From NCBI GenBank assembly GCA_945898275.1, contig CAMDHZ010000013.1, positions 6,695 through 70,694 of the forward strand: a DNA stretch of 64,000 nt, written 5' to 3'. Source of the DNA: Chitinophaga pinensis. Lineage in GTDB: Bacteria; Bacteroidota; Bacteroidia; UKL13-3. The notes under the pieces were generated by a model. That model worked only from the letters and a program-made list of their open reading frames with translations. It made no database searches and was not told the DNA's origin. A program made the position numbers and the translations under genes. This document shows, piece by piece, positions 49,629 through 58,051 of the stretch; positions within the stretch are counted from its first letter, which is position 1; every line of letters starts with the position of its first letter.

Positions 49629-51682
49629 GTTGTTTCTTTTATTATAAATGCTCCTTGGCTTGCAATATCATGACAAGCTAGCTTACTTTTTCCACAAAGT
49701 TTTTGAACAGCCTCTCGCTGGTAGGATGAAAGTCCTTGCAGCAAAATAATTTGTTTGACCCCAAGCTCCTTAATCAGGCTATCTGTCATCAATTGTGTTT
49801 TTCCACCTACAATCAAAATATCAACTTTAGATGGCCATTTCACTAGTTTCTTGTTTACCAAAAGTAGGCTTAATTCATTTGGCATTTGAATCATAAAACT
49901 TCCACTATCCAAATAATTGGTTGCTGTTAAGTTTATATCTTCCTTAACAAAATGCTGCTGTACGATTCGCTTTGTTTTAGAACTGTCAGCGCTGCTCCAA
50001 GCCCATCCTTTTGCGTTTTCTGTATAGCTAATCAATGTCTTTTTTGGTAAAGCATATATTGTTATGGCTGCCTCTTTATTTTTGAGTATTTGGCTCGTTA
50101 GGTTCAAACCGAAACCTAAAAGCAAACTTGCTAAAACTAATTTCATGTAATAAGCCGATTTGAAATATAAAAATGCACTCATAAGTATGACAATTGAATA
50201 GGCAAAAATGGCGTAGGTGTGAGGAAAGTAAATTTGTTCAATTGCCGAAAAGGGTAGATTTGATAGGTAAACTACCAAGAAATTTGTAAGCATTATCATT
50301 TTTGAAATAAGCCAAGCTAAACCGCTGGCTAGAAGACTAATCTTATGCACCACTAATAAAAGAATACCAAGATAAATTAGCAAAGTGGTAAGTGGAATAA
50401 GTAGCAGATTGGCGATTAAAAAGTAGTTAGGGAATTGGTGAAAATAGAACAAACTAATAGGGAAGGTTAGCAGTTGTGCCGCCAATGAAACCGCAATTAC
50501 TTTATAGATTTCATTAAAAAATTTATTGCCAATATAAACTGCTTGATAAAGCGGAGGGTAAAAACAGATAATACCTAGTACAGCGGTGTAACTTAACTGG
50601 AACCCAGCATGCCAAAGCATTTGCGGCTGCCAACATAAAAGGAAAAAGCATGAAGCAGCTAAGCTGTTGAAAGGATTTCCGCTTCTATGAATAATTTTAC
50701 CAATTACCATAAAACTAAACATGATGGCCGCCCTTAAAATACTTGGAGACATTCCACATAATAGTGCATAAGCCCAGATACCAATTAACAGAAAGTAGGG
50801 TTCTAATAATCGGCCCCATTTTTTTCTTTTAATGGGTTTAAAAATTGCTCCAAGAATGATAAAAATTAGACCTACGTGCATGCCACTCACGGCAAGCACA
50901 TGTAAAGTTCCTGTTCGGCTGTAGGCTTGTATGAGTTCGTCAGGAATATGATCGTCTAAGCCAAATAACAAGGCTTCTGATATGCCAATTTCTGCATCGG
51001 AGTTAAGGTAATTAGCAAGAATAGCGCTTATCGCGCTTTGCCATTCGTCAACCTTGGTTTGAAGAGTGAAAGACGGTGTAGAGGTATACAATTTCCATTC
51101 GGGATGAAACATGAATTGCTGGTGAAATACTCCCTTTCTGGCCATAAAAGATTTGTAGTTAAACTCACCTGGATTTTTTGGAAAAGAAATTTCTTGAAAG
51201 TTAGATTTTATTAATATTTGGTCGCCAAGTTTGAGTTTTTTGGAAAGACTGTCTAAAGGCAAGTTCAATTGAAGTTTTCCTTTTAATGGAATTAGAAGGT
51301 CATTGTTTGTTTGTCCAGCAATAACAAGTGTTTCAAAGGATATTCTTTTGTTTAATGCTTTTGGTTTTGTTTCGGTTTGAACCAAAAGCCAGTCTGTTTT
51401 TTGCGCCGAGAAATGATTTTGCAGCTTTGATTGTTTATCGGAAGAAATGAGGCATAAACCAATCAAAAAACAAAGCAAAGTATGTATAATTCCATGACTT
51501 GGTTCAAACCGAAAACTCTTTATAAAACGGAAAATACAAAAGTTGAAGATGGCAGTAAACGCCAATAAAATAAAGAGCAGAGGAGGATTTAATTGAAATG
51601 AATCTCCAACAATAATTCCAAATACCAATGGAATTAGTAAACGTACAAAAGGCATTTGTTGCCAAAAAGTGGCTATCATCAT
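49613..51682 (-). CDS. comEC: ComEC/Rec2 competence protein
   Basis: PKNPGEFNY (DUF4131), GTLHVLAVSGMHVG, SPSILRA, GFQLSY, HQFP.YFLIANL. Confidence 0.92.
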   Translation of the reverse strand: MMIATFWQQMPFVRLLIPLVFGIIVGDSFQLNPPLLFILLAFTAIFNFCIFRFIKSFRFEPSHGIIHTLLCFLIGLCLISSDKQSKLQNHFSAQKTDWLLVQTETKPKALNKRISFETLVIAGQTNNDLLIPLKGKLQLNLPLDSLSKKLKLGDQILIKSNFQEISFPKNPGEFNYKSFMARKGVFHQQFMFHPEWKLYTSTPSFTLQTKVDEWQSAISAILANYLNSDAEIGISEALLFGLDDHIPDELIQAYSRTGTLHVLAVSGMHVGLIFIILGAIFKPIKRKKWGRLLEPYFLLIGIWAYALLCGMSPSILRAAIMFSFMVIGKIIHRSGNPFNSLAASCFFLLCWQPQMLWHAGFQLSYTAVLGIICFYPPLYQAVYIGNKFFNEIYKVIAVSLAAQLLTFPISLFYFHQFPNYFLIANLLLIPLTTLLIYLGILLLVVHKISLLASGLAWLISKMIMLTNFLVVYLSNLPFSAIEQIYFPHTYAIFAYSIVILMSAFLYFKSAYYMKLVLASLLLGFGLNLTSQILKNKEAAITIYALPKKTLISYTENAKGWAWSSADSSKTKRIVQQHFVKEDINLTATNYLDSGSFMIQMPNELSLLLVNKKLVKWPSKVDILIVGGKTQLMTDSLIKELGVKQIILLQGLSSYQREAVQKLCGKSKLACHDIASQGAFIIKETTWKHW

Positions 51683-51749
51683 TTTGGGTGTTTATAACCG
51701 TTATGGACATAAGATACTGAATGTTTAGTTTTGATAAAATTTGAACCAT

Positions 51750-52196
51750 ATGTATAATACACTACTAATCCTTCACAATTTGTTGCGCTGGGTTTTTCTA
51801 GCAGCAGCTATTTATGCCATTCTTCGTTCTGTATTGGGTTTAATGAACAAGAATGTTTACAACAAAAGCGACAACACAGCTGGCTCTATGTTAGTTGCTT
51901 TGGCGCATACACAATTACTAATCGGAATAATCTTGTTGTTTGTGAGTCCGGTTATTCAGGCTGCCATGCAAGACATGGGTGCTGCTATGAAAGACAAGAC
52001 CTTGCGTTTGCAATTAATTGAACATCCTCTTACCATGATTATTGGCGTGGTGTTAATTCAGATTGGTCGTATTAGAACCCGCAAAGCATACGCAGATGCA
52101 GATAAATACAAGCGCAGTCTGATTTTTTATGGCCTTGGTTTGTTATTAATCCTATCTCGTATTCCTTGGGGAAACTCACCTTTGTATCGTTTCTAA
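51750..52196 (+). CDS. Conserved 4-TM membrane protein (often annotated cytochrome b-like)
   Basis: LHNLLRW, AHTQLLIG, IEHPLTMI, IPW; four hydrophobic helices. Confidence 0.7.
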   Translation: MYNTLLILHNLLRWVFLAAAIYAILRSVLGLMNKNVYNKSDNTAGSMLVALAHTQLLIGIILLFVSPVIQAAMQDMGAAMKDKTLRLQLIEHPLTMIIGVVLIQIGRIRTRKAYADADKYKRSLIFYGLGLLLILSRIPWGNSPLYRF

Positions 52197-52207
52197 AAAA
52201 TTAAGTT

Positions 52208-52237
52208 AAAGGGAATCAGTTGGTTCCCTTTATTTTT
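52208..52237 (+). terminator. Intrinsic terminator
   Basis: AAAGGGAATC-agtt-GGTTCCCTTT followed by ATTTTT. Confidence 0.65.
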
Positions 52238-52254
52238 GAAGTTTAATTCCTAAA

Positions 52255-52297
52255 CTTTCAGTAATAATTGAAAGTATAGGAAATTGTTATATATTTG
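52255..52297 (+). promoter_or_regulatory. Promoter with operator CTTTCA-N8-TGAAAG
   Basis: TTG 52268-52270, 19-bp spacer, TATATTTG 52290-52297; inverted repeat 52255-52274 covers the -33 element. Confidence 0.7.
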
Positions 52298-52311
52298 TGC
52301 CCAGAAACACT

Positions 52312-52818
52312 ATGAATTTTAATCAAGCAAAAACGCAGTTCATTCAAACTTGGGGTACCCTAGGAAGCGAGTGGGGAATTAACAGAAGCATGGCACAAGT
52401 GCATGCCTTGTTATTGATATCACCAGAGCCATTGAGCACAGAAAATGTAATGGAGGAATTGAGCATAAGCAGAGGAAATGCAAACATGAATTTGCGTGAT
52501 TTAATCAATTGGAATTTGATGAGTAAAGTTTTGGTACCGGGGGATAGACAAGAATATTTTGAAGCTGAAAAAGACATTTGGGAAATTGCCAGACGCATTG
52601 CCAAAGAACGCAAAAAAAGGGAGCTTGAGCCTGTACTTAAAGTCCTCGATCAACTGAAACAAGCCGATTTGGATAAGTCGCTTAAAACGCATCAATCTTT
52701 TTTAGCAACCATCAATGATTTAGATGATTTTGTAGGGAAGATGGATAAGTCTGTAGAGGTAATGCTCAAAGCAGATGAGAGTTGGTTTTTTAGTACGCTA
52801 CTCAAATTGATTAAATAG
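52312..52818 (+). CDS. GbsR/MarR family regulator
   Basis: FIQTWGTLGSEWGINRSMAQVHALL, ISRGNANMNLRDL, PGDRQEYF. Confidence 0.92.
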   Translation: MNFNQAKTQFIQTWGTLGSEWGINRSMAQVHALLLISPEPLSTENVMEELSISRGNANMNLRDLINWNLMSKVLVPGDRQEYFEAEKDIWEIARRIAKERKKRELEPVLKVLDQLKQADLDKSLKTHQSFLATINDLDDFVGKMDKSVEVMLKADESWFFSTLLKLIK

Positions 52819-52820
52819 AC

Positions 52821-52946
52821 ATGGAACAAAATAATTATTCGAAGTTTAAATTGAAGTTGCTTACTGCAGTTATTCAGATGATAGGTGCAATTGGTAATTT
52901 GTTGAAAGCCTTAAAAGGAAAACCGCGCTCTTTTTTTGATTTATAG
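52821..52946 (+). CDS. 41-aa small cationic amphipathic protein (below the ORF-track cutoff)
   Basis: ATG 2 bp after the regulator stop; MEQNNYSKFKLKLLTAVIQMIGAIGNLLKALKGKPRSFFDL. Confidence 0.5.
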   Translation: MEQNNYSKFKLKLLTAVIQMIGAIGNLLKALKGKPRSFFDL

Positions 52947-52964
52947 TTTCAATATTTATTGAAA
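52947..52964. promoter_or_regulatory. Second TTTCA-N8-TGAAA operator copy
   Basis: TTTCAATATTTATTGAAA, 12 bp upstream of the ATG at 52977. Confidence 0.6.
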
Positions 52965-52976
52965 ATACCATAAGTT

Positions 52977-53336
52977 ATGACATATAATACAATTGCCTAT
53001 TTGTTTTATTTACCATTCACCATCGCATTAACTTGGTGGGTTGGAAAAGATTTAAACCGCAAAGGAGCGCATTTATTAATGGAGGCCTTTGGCGATGTAA
53101 CATTGGTAAATACCATTAACCGGTTTTTGCTTTTAGGTTATTACTTGTTAAACATTGGCTATGCGGTACTTAGTTTGAGCTTATTTCCATACTTAGTTAG
53201 TATGGCTCAGTTGCTTTCTGTGTTGTGTTTTAGGATAGGCATTATCATGACAAGTTTGGCCATCATTCATTATTTCAACATACTCGTTATTCAGCTTTTT
53301 TCAGTCCAAATCAAAAGGTTTTTTCAAGTATCATAA
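52977..53336 (+). CDS. Small integral membrane protein
   Basis: YLP.TI.LT.WVG..L...G and N..LL.GYYL.NIGYA pattern. Confidence 0.8.
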   Translation: MTYNTIAYLFYLPFTIALTWWVGKDLNRKGAHLLMEAFGDVTLVNTINRFLLLGYYLLNIGYAVLSLSLFPYLVSMAQLLSVLCFRIGIIMTSLAIIHYFNILVIQLFSVQIKRFFQVS

Positions 53337-53363
53337 ATCAATTTAATCCTTAATTACAATTTT

Positions 53364-53732
53364 ATGGAAACCCAATTTGTATTAGTAGCCTATTATGTTT
53401 ACCTACCAGTAACTATTTTGTTGACCCTTTATGTGGCGCATGTGTTGTTTAAACAAGGTCGTATTTTTATGTTAGATATATTTAAAGGTCGCGCCGAAAT
53501 TGCAGATGCCACAAATCATTTATTCAAAGTTGGTTTTTACTTATTAAACATTGGCTTTGCCTTGATGATGATGGAAACCCGACAAGACATATTGAGCTCA
53601 CAAGCATTGGTAGAAGTTCTAAGCAATAAGATTGGTTGGTTCTCAGTTTATTTAGGCATTATGTTGTTTTTCAACTTGTATTTGTTTTTTAGAGGTAAAA
53701 AGAAATCATCCCAATCAGCACAAATGGCCTAA
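53364..53732 (+). CDS. Small integral membrane protein, paralog of the upstream gene
   Basis: YLP.TI.LT.YVA..L...G and N.L...GFYL.NIGFA pattern. Confidence 0.8.
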   Translation: METQFVLVAYYVYLPVTILLTLYVAHVLFKQGRIFMLDIFKGRAEIADATNHLFKVGFYLLNIGFALMMMETRQDILSSQALVEVLSNKIGWFSVYLGIMLFFNLYLFFRGKKKSSQSAQMA

Positions 53733-53740
53733 AACTTATA

Positions 53741-53770
53741 AGGTCGAAGTTCATGCTAAAACTTCGGCCT
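53741..53770 (+). terminator. Possible terminator hairpin
   Basis: AGGTCGAAGTT / AACTTCGGCCT stem with one G-U pair; weak T-tract. Confidence 0.45.
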
Positions 53771-53803
53771 TATTGGTTATATTCGTAGAAACATATATTA
53801 ACT

Positions 53804-55048
53804 TTGACATTCGACGATTTTTACTTAGATAACCAATTAATGGATGGCCTTGATGCCATGGGTTTTCTAACACCAACCCCCATTCAAGAAAGAGCGATTC
53901 CACTTATATTAGACCATTACGATTTAATTGCCTGTGCCCAAACTGGGACAGGAAAAACAGCAGCCTACCTTTTGCCGATAATTGATAAAATTATCAACTC
54001 AAACCATAGCCATTTAAACACTTTGATATTGGTGCCAACTCGCGAATTGGCGCAGCAAATAGACCAACAATTGGTGGGCTTTGGGTATTATGTGGCCATT
54101 AGTTCAATTGCAGTTTATGGAGGTGGTGACGGAAACTTGTTTAGTCAACAACAAGTGGCCTTAAGAGAAGGGGCAGATATTATTATTGCAACACCAGGAA
54201 GATTATTATCACACTTGGCTTCTGGTTCTATTGATTTTGGTAAATTGGAGCACCTTGTGTTGGACGAAGCTGATAGAATGTTGGACATGGGTTTTTATGA
54301 TGACATTATCAAGATCATAAGTTATTTGCCTAAGGAGCGCCAAACACTATTGTTCTCTGCAACCATGCCGCCTCGCATTAAAACTTTGGCAGCTAAGATT
54401 CTGTTTGAACCAAAAGAAGTAAGCATCTCCATTTCTAAGCCAGCAGAAGGCATAAAGCAATTGGCTTATGTAACTTATGAACCTCAGAAAATGGGTTTGT
54501 TAGGCGAGATTTTCAAAGAAAAATTCCAAAGTGTAATTGTATTTGCTTCAACCAAAGAAAAGGTAAAAGGGTTACATTTTGAGTTCAAGAAAATTGGTAT
54601 TCCTGCAAAATCGTTTCATTCAGATTTAGAGCAAAGAGAAAGAGAAGAGTTGCTCAATGATTTCCGAAATAGAAAAATACAGGTTTTGATTGGAACCGAT
54701 ATTTTATCTCGGGGAATTGATGTGGATGGCATTGACTTGGTAATAAACTTTGATGTGCCACCAGATCCAGAGGATTATGTGCACAGAATTGGTAGAACTG
54801 CAAGGGCAGCAACTACAGGAACTGCAATTACCTTTATCAACGAGAAAGACATGCGCAGGTTTCATGCCATAGAAAAGCTAATAGAAAAAGAAGTTCCAAA
54901 ATTACCCTTGCCAGAAAGCTTAGGAACTGGTCCGGTTTATGAGCCCTTAAAAAAGGTTTCTTCTGGTTTGAACCGAAATAGGCCTTCAGGAAATGGAAAG
55001 TCGAAAGGCCAGTGGCGCGGCGGACCTCCTAGAAAAGCTACAAAGTAA
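53804..55048 (+). CDS. DEAD-box RNA helicase (TTG start)
   Basis: PTPIQ, AQTGTGKT, PTRELA, TPGRL, DEAD, SAT, RGID, HRIGRTAR. Confidence 0.97.
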   Translation: MTFDDFYLDNQLMDGLDAMGFLTPTPIQERAIPLILDHYDLIACAQTGTGKTAAYLLPIIDKIINSNHSHLNTLILVPTRELAQQIDQQLVGFGYYVAISSIAVYGGGDGNLFSQQQVALREGADIIIATPGRLLSHLASGSIDFGKLEHLVLDEADRMLDMGFYDDIIKIISYLPKERQTLLFSATMPPRIKTLAAKILFEPKEVSISISKPAEGIKQLAYVTYEPQKMGLLGEIFKEKFQSVIVFASTKEKVKGLHFEFKKIGIPAKSFHSDLEQREREELLNDFRNRKIQVLIGTDILSRGIDVDGIDLVINFDVPPDPEDYVHRIGRTARAATTGTAITFINEKDMRRFHAIEKLIEKEVPKLPLPESLGTGPVYEPLKKVSSGLNRNRPSGNGKSKGQWRGGPPRKATK

Positions 55049-55910
55049 GTTCGTTTAAGTCGATTTGTTTTACACTTTCTGTTAACCCAGCATACATGCT
55101 ATTGAATTGGTTAGCGAAGATTTGAAAGTTTTTATCTAAATCATTAATTTTTCTACTTATTTCTTGCATCTCAAATGATACCTTGGTTTCACTTGGAACA
55201 CTCAATAGTTGCCTTTCTACTTCCTGAACGGTACTACTAATATAATTAAACTGACTTCTAACTTGGTCTCCTATTTGTGTTTCGAATTGTTTGTGCCGAA
55301 CCAATAGCAATGAGAAATTATACTTGAGTTGAATTAATGGCGTAATATCATAAATACTCACAATGACAAGTCCATCTTCAACACATTTGAAATGAAGGTT
55401 ACAATAAATATCTTCTCCTTTTTTGCGCGTCATTCTTACGTCGCGCATAAAAAAAGAATCCTCTGTATAGGTGTGAAACTCTTTAGTAAAATTTTCTCTT
55501 TTACCACTGTAAATAAATTCTAATAATTTTGCTGATTCTAGCATTTCTTCTGGGCAATCCAAGAAATACATTGCTTCTCTATTTGCATCTCTTATTTTGA
55601 AGTTGAGTTTTTCAAAAACGAGTAATGGGTTAGGATTTTCATCGAATATAAAACTTAGCCGATCATCTACTTTTAAGTGGGAAAGTTGTTGTTTGAAAAT
55701 ATAGTAATACCCAATGATAGCAGTAATTACAAAAAACATAAGCTCCAGAAAAACAAGAATTGATTTTCCAAAATTTCCTGGCAAAATACTACTTATTTTG
55801 TCACCCATAAAATTGATGAGCAACCAAGAACTAAAGGTAGCTATGAGATAAACACTAATTATTTTTAGTGAACGGGTAGAGGCAATATCTTCTAATTTAC
55901 TTTGCTTCAT
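55038..55910 (-). CDS. Membrane-anchored PAS-domain protein, possibly a truncated sensor kinase
   Basis: Two N-terminal TMs; IFDENPNPLLV...ANREA PAS; coiled coil; no HATPase. Confidence 0.65.
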   Translation of the reverse strand: MKQSKLEDIASTRSLKIISVYLIATFSSWLLINFMGDKISSILPGNFGKSILVFLELMFFVITAIIGYYYIFKQQLSHLKVDDRLSFIFDENPNPLLVFEKLNFKIRDANREAMYFLDCPEEMLESAKLLEFIYSGKRENFTKEFHTYTEDSFFMRDVRMTRKKGEDIYCNLHFKCVEDGLVIVSIYDITPLIQLKYNFSLLLVRHKQFETQIGDQVRSQFNYISSTVQEVERQLLSVPSETKVSFEMQEISRKINDLDKNFQIFANQFNSMYAGLTESVKQIDLNELTL

Positions 55911-55927
55911 GCTGGTTAAGTCTATAG

Positions 55928-55935
55928 CAAATATA
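55928..55935 (-). promoter_or_regulatory. Putative -7 element TATATTTG
   Basis: Consensus match about 18 nt upstream of the ATG at 55910. Confidence 0.45.
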
Positions 55936-55992
55936 TAGGCTTAACTTTAACTAATTTGAGAAAATTTATTTTAAGTGGCTTTTTTTTGTGGA

Positions 55993-56280
55993 TTACCAGC
56001 TTTTTACTTGGTTGCCACTTTGGCCTTCTCTTTCAATATCTGCGGTATCGCTGGCAGCCTTATTCTCTTTTACCATATCGCGCATTTCTTTCATGCCTTT
56101 TTTATCCTTAGCTTCCATCCCCTCTATTCCAGTTTGAAAACTGCTCATGTTAAACATAACAGCCATACCAGCTACTACGAATATTTGAGCCACCATATAA
56201 ATTTTAGCCCAAGCTTTTCTGCGATTCATAAATCCAATAAGATTTACGATTAATAGGATTGCAAAAATGGTAAGTAACAT
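55993..56280 (-). CDS. Hypothetical small membrane protein
   Basis: Two hydrophobic helices and a charged tail; no family recognised. Confidence 0.55.
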   Translation of the reverse strand: MLLTIFAILLIVNLIGFMNRRKAWAKIYMVAQIFVVAGMAVMFNMSSFQTGIEGMEAKDKKGMKEMRDMVKENKAASDTADIEREGQSGNQVKSW

Positions 56281-56430
56281 AATTTTATTATTTAAGGTAT
56301 ACTAGATTAGTTTCAAATTGCTTGCCAATGAAATTGAATTGCTCCAAGACCTTGTTATTATTGGAAAGCCTAATTTGATTTTCATAGTTTTGTTTTGGTA
56401 TTTGGTTCAAACTGGGAATTAGCTATCTCA

Positions 56431-56715
56431 TTATGGATTTTCTGGAGCAGGTGCTTGACCAGAAATACGGTCTTTTATTCCAAAGTAAGCGTCATCAAAT
56501 GGCGTATTTACACCTGGAAACAAGTCGATTTGGTATTCAGATTTTAATTCAAGTAAAACAGCAATGGTAAAGATGGCAATAAAAAGCAAATACAAAACAG
56601 TAAAAGCTTCATTAGCTAAAGCAAATCGTTCCTTTTCTACAATTTCATCTGTATTGGTTTTTCCGCGTTTTTTACCAATTTTAAATAAGGGCTCGTCTTT
56701 ACTTATGGTTTTCAA
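56431..56715 (-). CDS. Hypothetical single-TM protein
   Basis: Basic N-terminus and one TM helix; same strand as neighbours. Confidence 0.5.
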   Translation of the reverse strand: MKTISKDEPLFKIGKKRGKTNTDEIVEKERFALANEAFTVLYLLFIAIFTIAVLLELKSEYQIDLFPGVNTPFDDAYFGIKDRISGQAPAPENP

Positions 56716-56735
56716 AGCTAATTAGTAATTTGAGA

Positions 56736-57107
56736 TTAAAAATAAGCTTTTACGTCTGCAGCGTTGATTGGCTTGGTAATAAATCCTTTTATGAAATCAT
56801 ACTTTTCGGCTTTTATTCTGTCCGACCTATCAATAGAAGAAGTAATGATAACCACCTCAAAATTAGATTTATTAGGCATTTCTGCTATTTTATCACAAAC
56901 CTCCCAACCACCAATATCCTGCATATTGATGTCTAATAATAAAACATATTTGTTTCCATCATCTTCTACTTTAGCAATAAATTCGTTCAGGTCTTTACCG
57001 TCTGGAAACTCTAATACCTCTCCTGAAAATCCTGCGTTTCTTAATGCATTGTTCACAAGGAACAATGCAATTGGATCATCATCAATATTTAAAATTATTG
57101 TTTTCAT
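56736..57107 (-). CDS. Stand-alone response regulator receiver
   Basis: NIDDD, LLDINMQDIGGWE, ITSS, ITKP. Confidence 0.9.
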   Translation of the reverse strand: MKTIILNIDDDPIALFLVNNALRNAGFSGEVLEFPDGKDLNEFIAKVEDDGNKYVLLLDINMQDIGGWEVCDKIAEMPNKSNFEVVIITSSIDRSDRIKAEKYDFIKGFITKPINAADVKAYF

Positions 57108-57117
57108 TGAGAAGTTA

Positions 57118-57939
57118 TTATTCAGCCTTTTTTTCCATTAATTTAAAAACATCATGGCTGAAACCAGTGTAACTAAAACCGCCATCATGAAATAAATTTT
57201 GCATGGTTACCATTTTACTTAAATCTGAAAACATTAAAACACAATAGTTAGCGCAATCTTCGGCACTGGCATTACCTAATGGCGAAAGTGCTGAGGCATA
57301 GTCAAAAAAGTCGCCAAAACCTTTTACTCCACCACCAGCAGTGGTTGGTGTTGGACTTTGAGAAATGGTATTGATACGTACTTTTTTGTTTTTTCCATAA
57401 TGGTAACCAAAGCTACGTGCAATACTTTCTAAAACAGATTTACTATCTGCCATTTCGCTATAATCAGGGAATACTCTTTGCGCAGCTATGTATGTTAAAG
57501 CCACCACAGACCCCCAATCATTGATAGCATCCATTTTATAACAAGTTTGAAGTAACCTGTGAAACGAAAGCGCACTGATATCGATGGTTTCATGTGCCCA
57601 TTTGTAGTCTAAATCGGTATAAGCTCTACCTTTTCTAATATTTAAACTCATGCCCACCGAATGTAATATAAAATCTATTTTGCCTCCTAAAATCTCCATA
57701 GATTTACTAATCAGGTTGTTCATGTCTTCATCTTTACTCACATCACAAGGAATAATTTGAGCATTGTTGCAAACAGCTGCTAAGTTGTTTATCTCGCCCA
57801 TGCGCATGGCAATGGGCGCGTTGGTTAATACAAAAGTAGCACCTTGTTCATGACATTTTAAGGCAACTTGCCATGCAATACTTTTATCATTTAATGCTCC
57901 GAAAATAATTCCCTTTTTTCCTTTTAATAAGTTATTCAT
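57118..57939 (-). CDS. fabI: Enoyl-ACP reductase
   Basis: GIIFGALNDKSIAW, DFILHSVGMS, ISALSFH, ALTYIAA, INTISQSPT.TTAG, HDGGFS. Confidence 0.93.
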   Translation of the reverse strand: MNNLLKGKKGIIFGALNDKSIAWQVALKCHEQGATFVLTNAPIAMRMGEINNLAAVCNNAQIIPCDVSKDEDMNNLISKSMEILGGKIDFILHSVGMSLNIRKGRAYTDLDYKWAHETIDISALSFHRLLQTCYKMDAINDWGSVVALTYIAAQRVFPDYSEMADSKSVLESIARSFGYHYGKNKKVRINTISQSPTPTTAGGGVKGFGDFFDYASALSPLGNASAEDCANYCVLMFSDLSKMVTMQNLFHDGGFSYTGFSHDVFKLMEKKAE

Positions 57940-58051
57940 ATCTATTACAATGTGATTTTAAATTGCAAGTTTAACTTTTTTTAGACATTCTATGCGTTTA
58001 TTTCTAGATTAAATTATGTCTAAATTTATCTATTTTGCAAGTCAACTCATT

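Noticed and set aside
56764-57141. 125-aa plus-strand ORF and similar short antisense ORFs across the window
   Set aside because: They fully overlap well-supported genes on the opposite strand and have no recognisable motifs.
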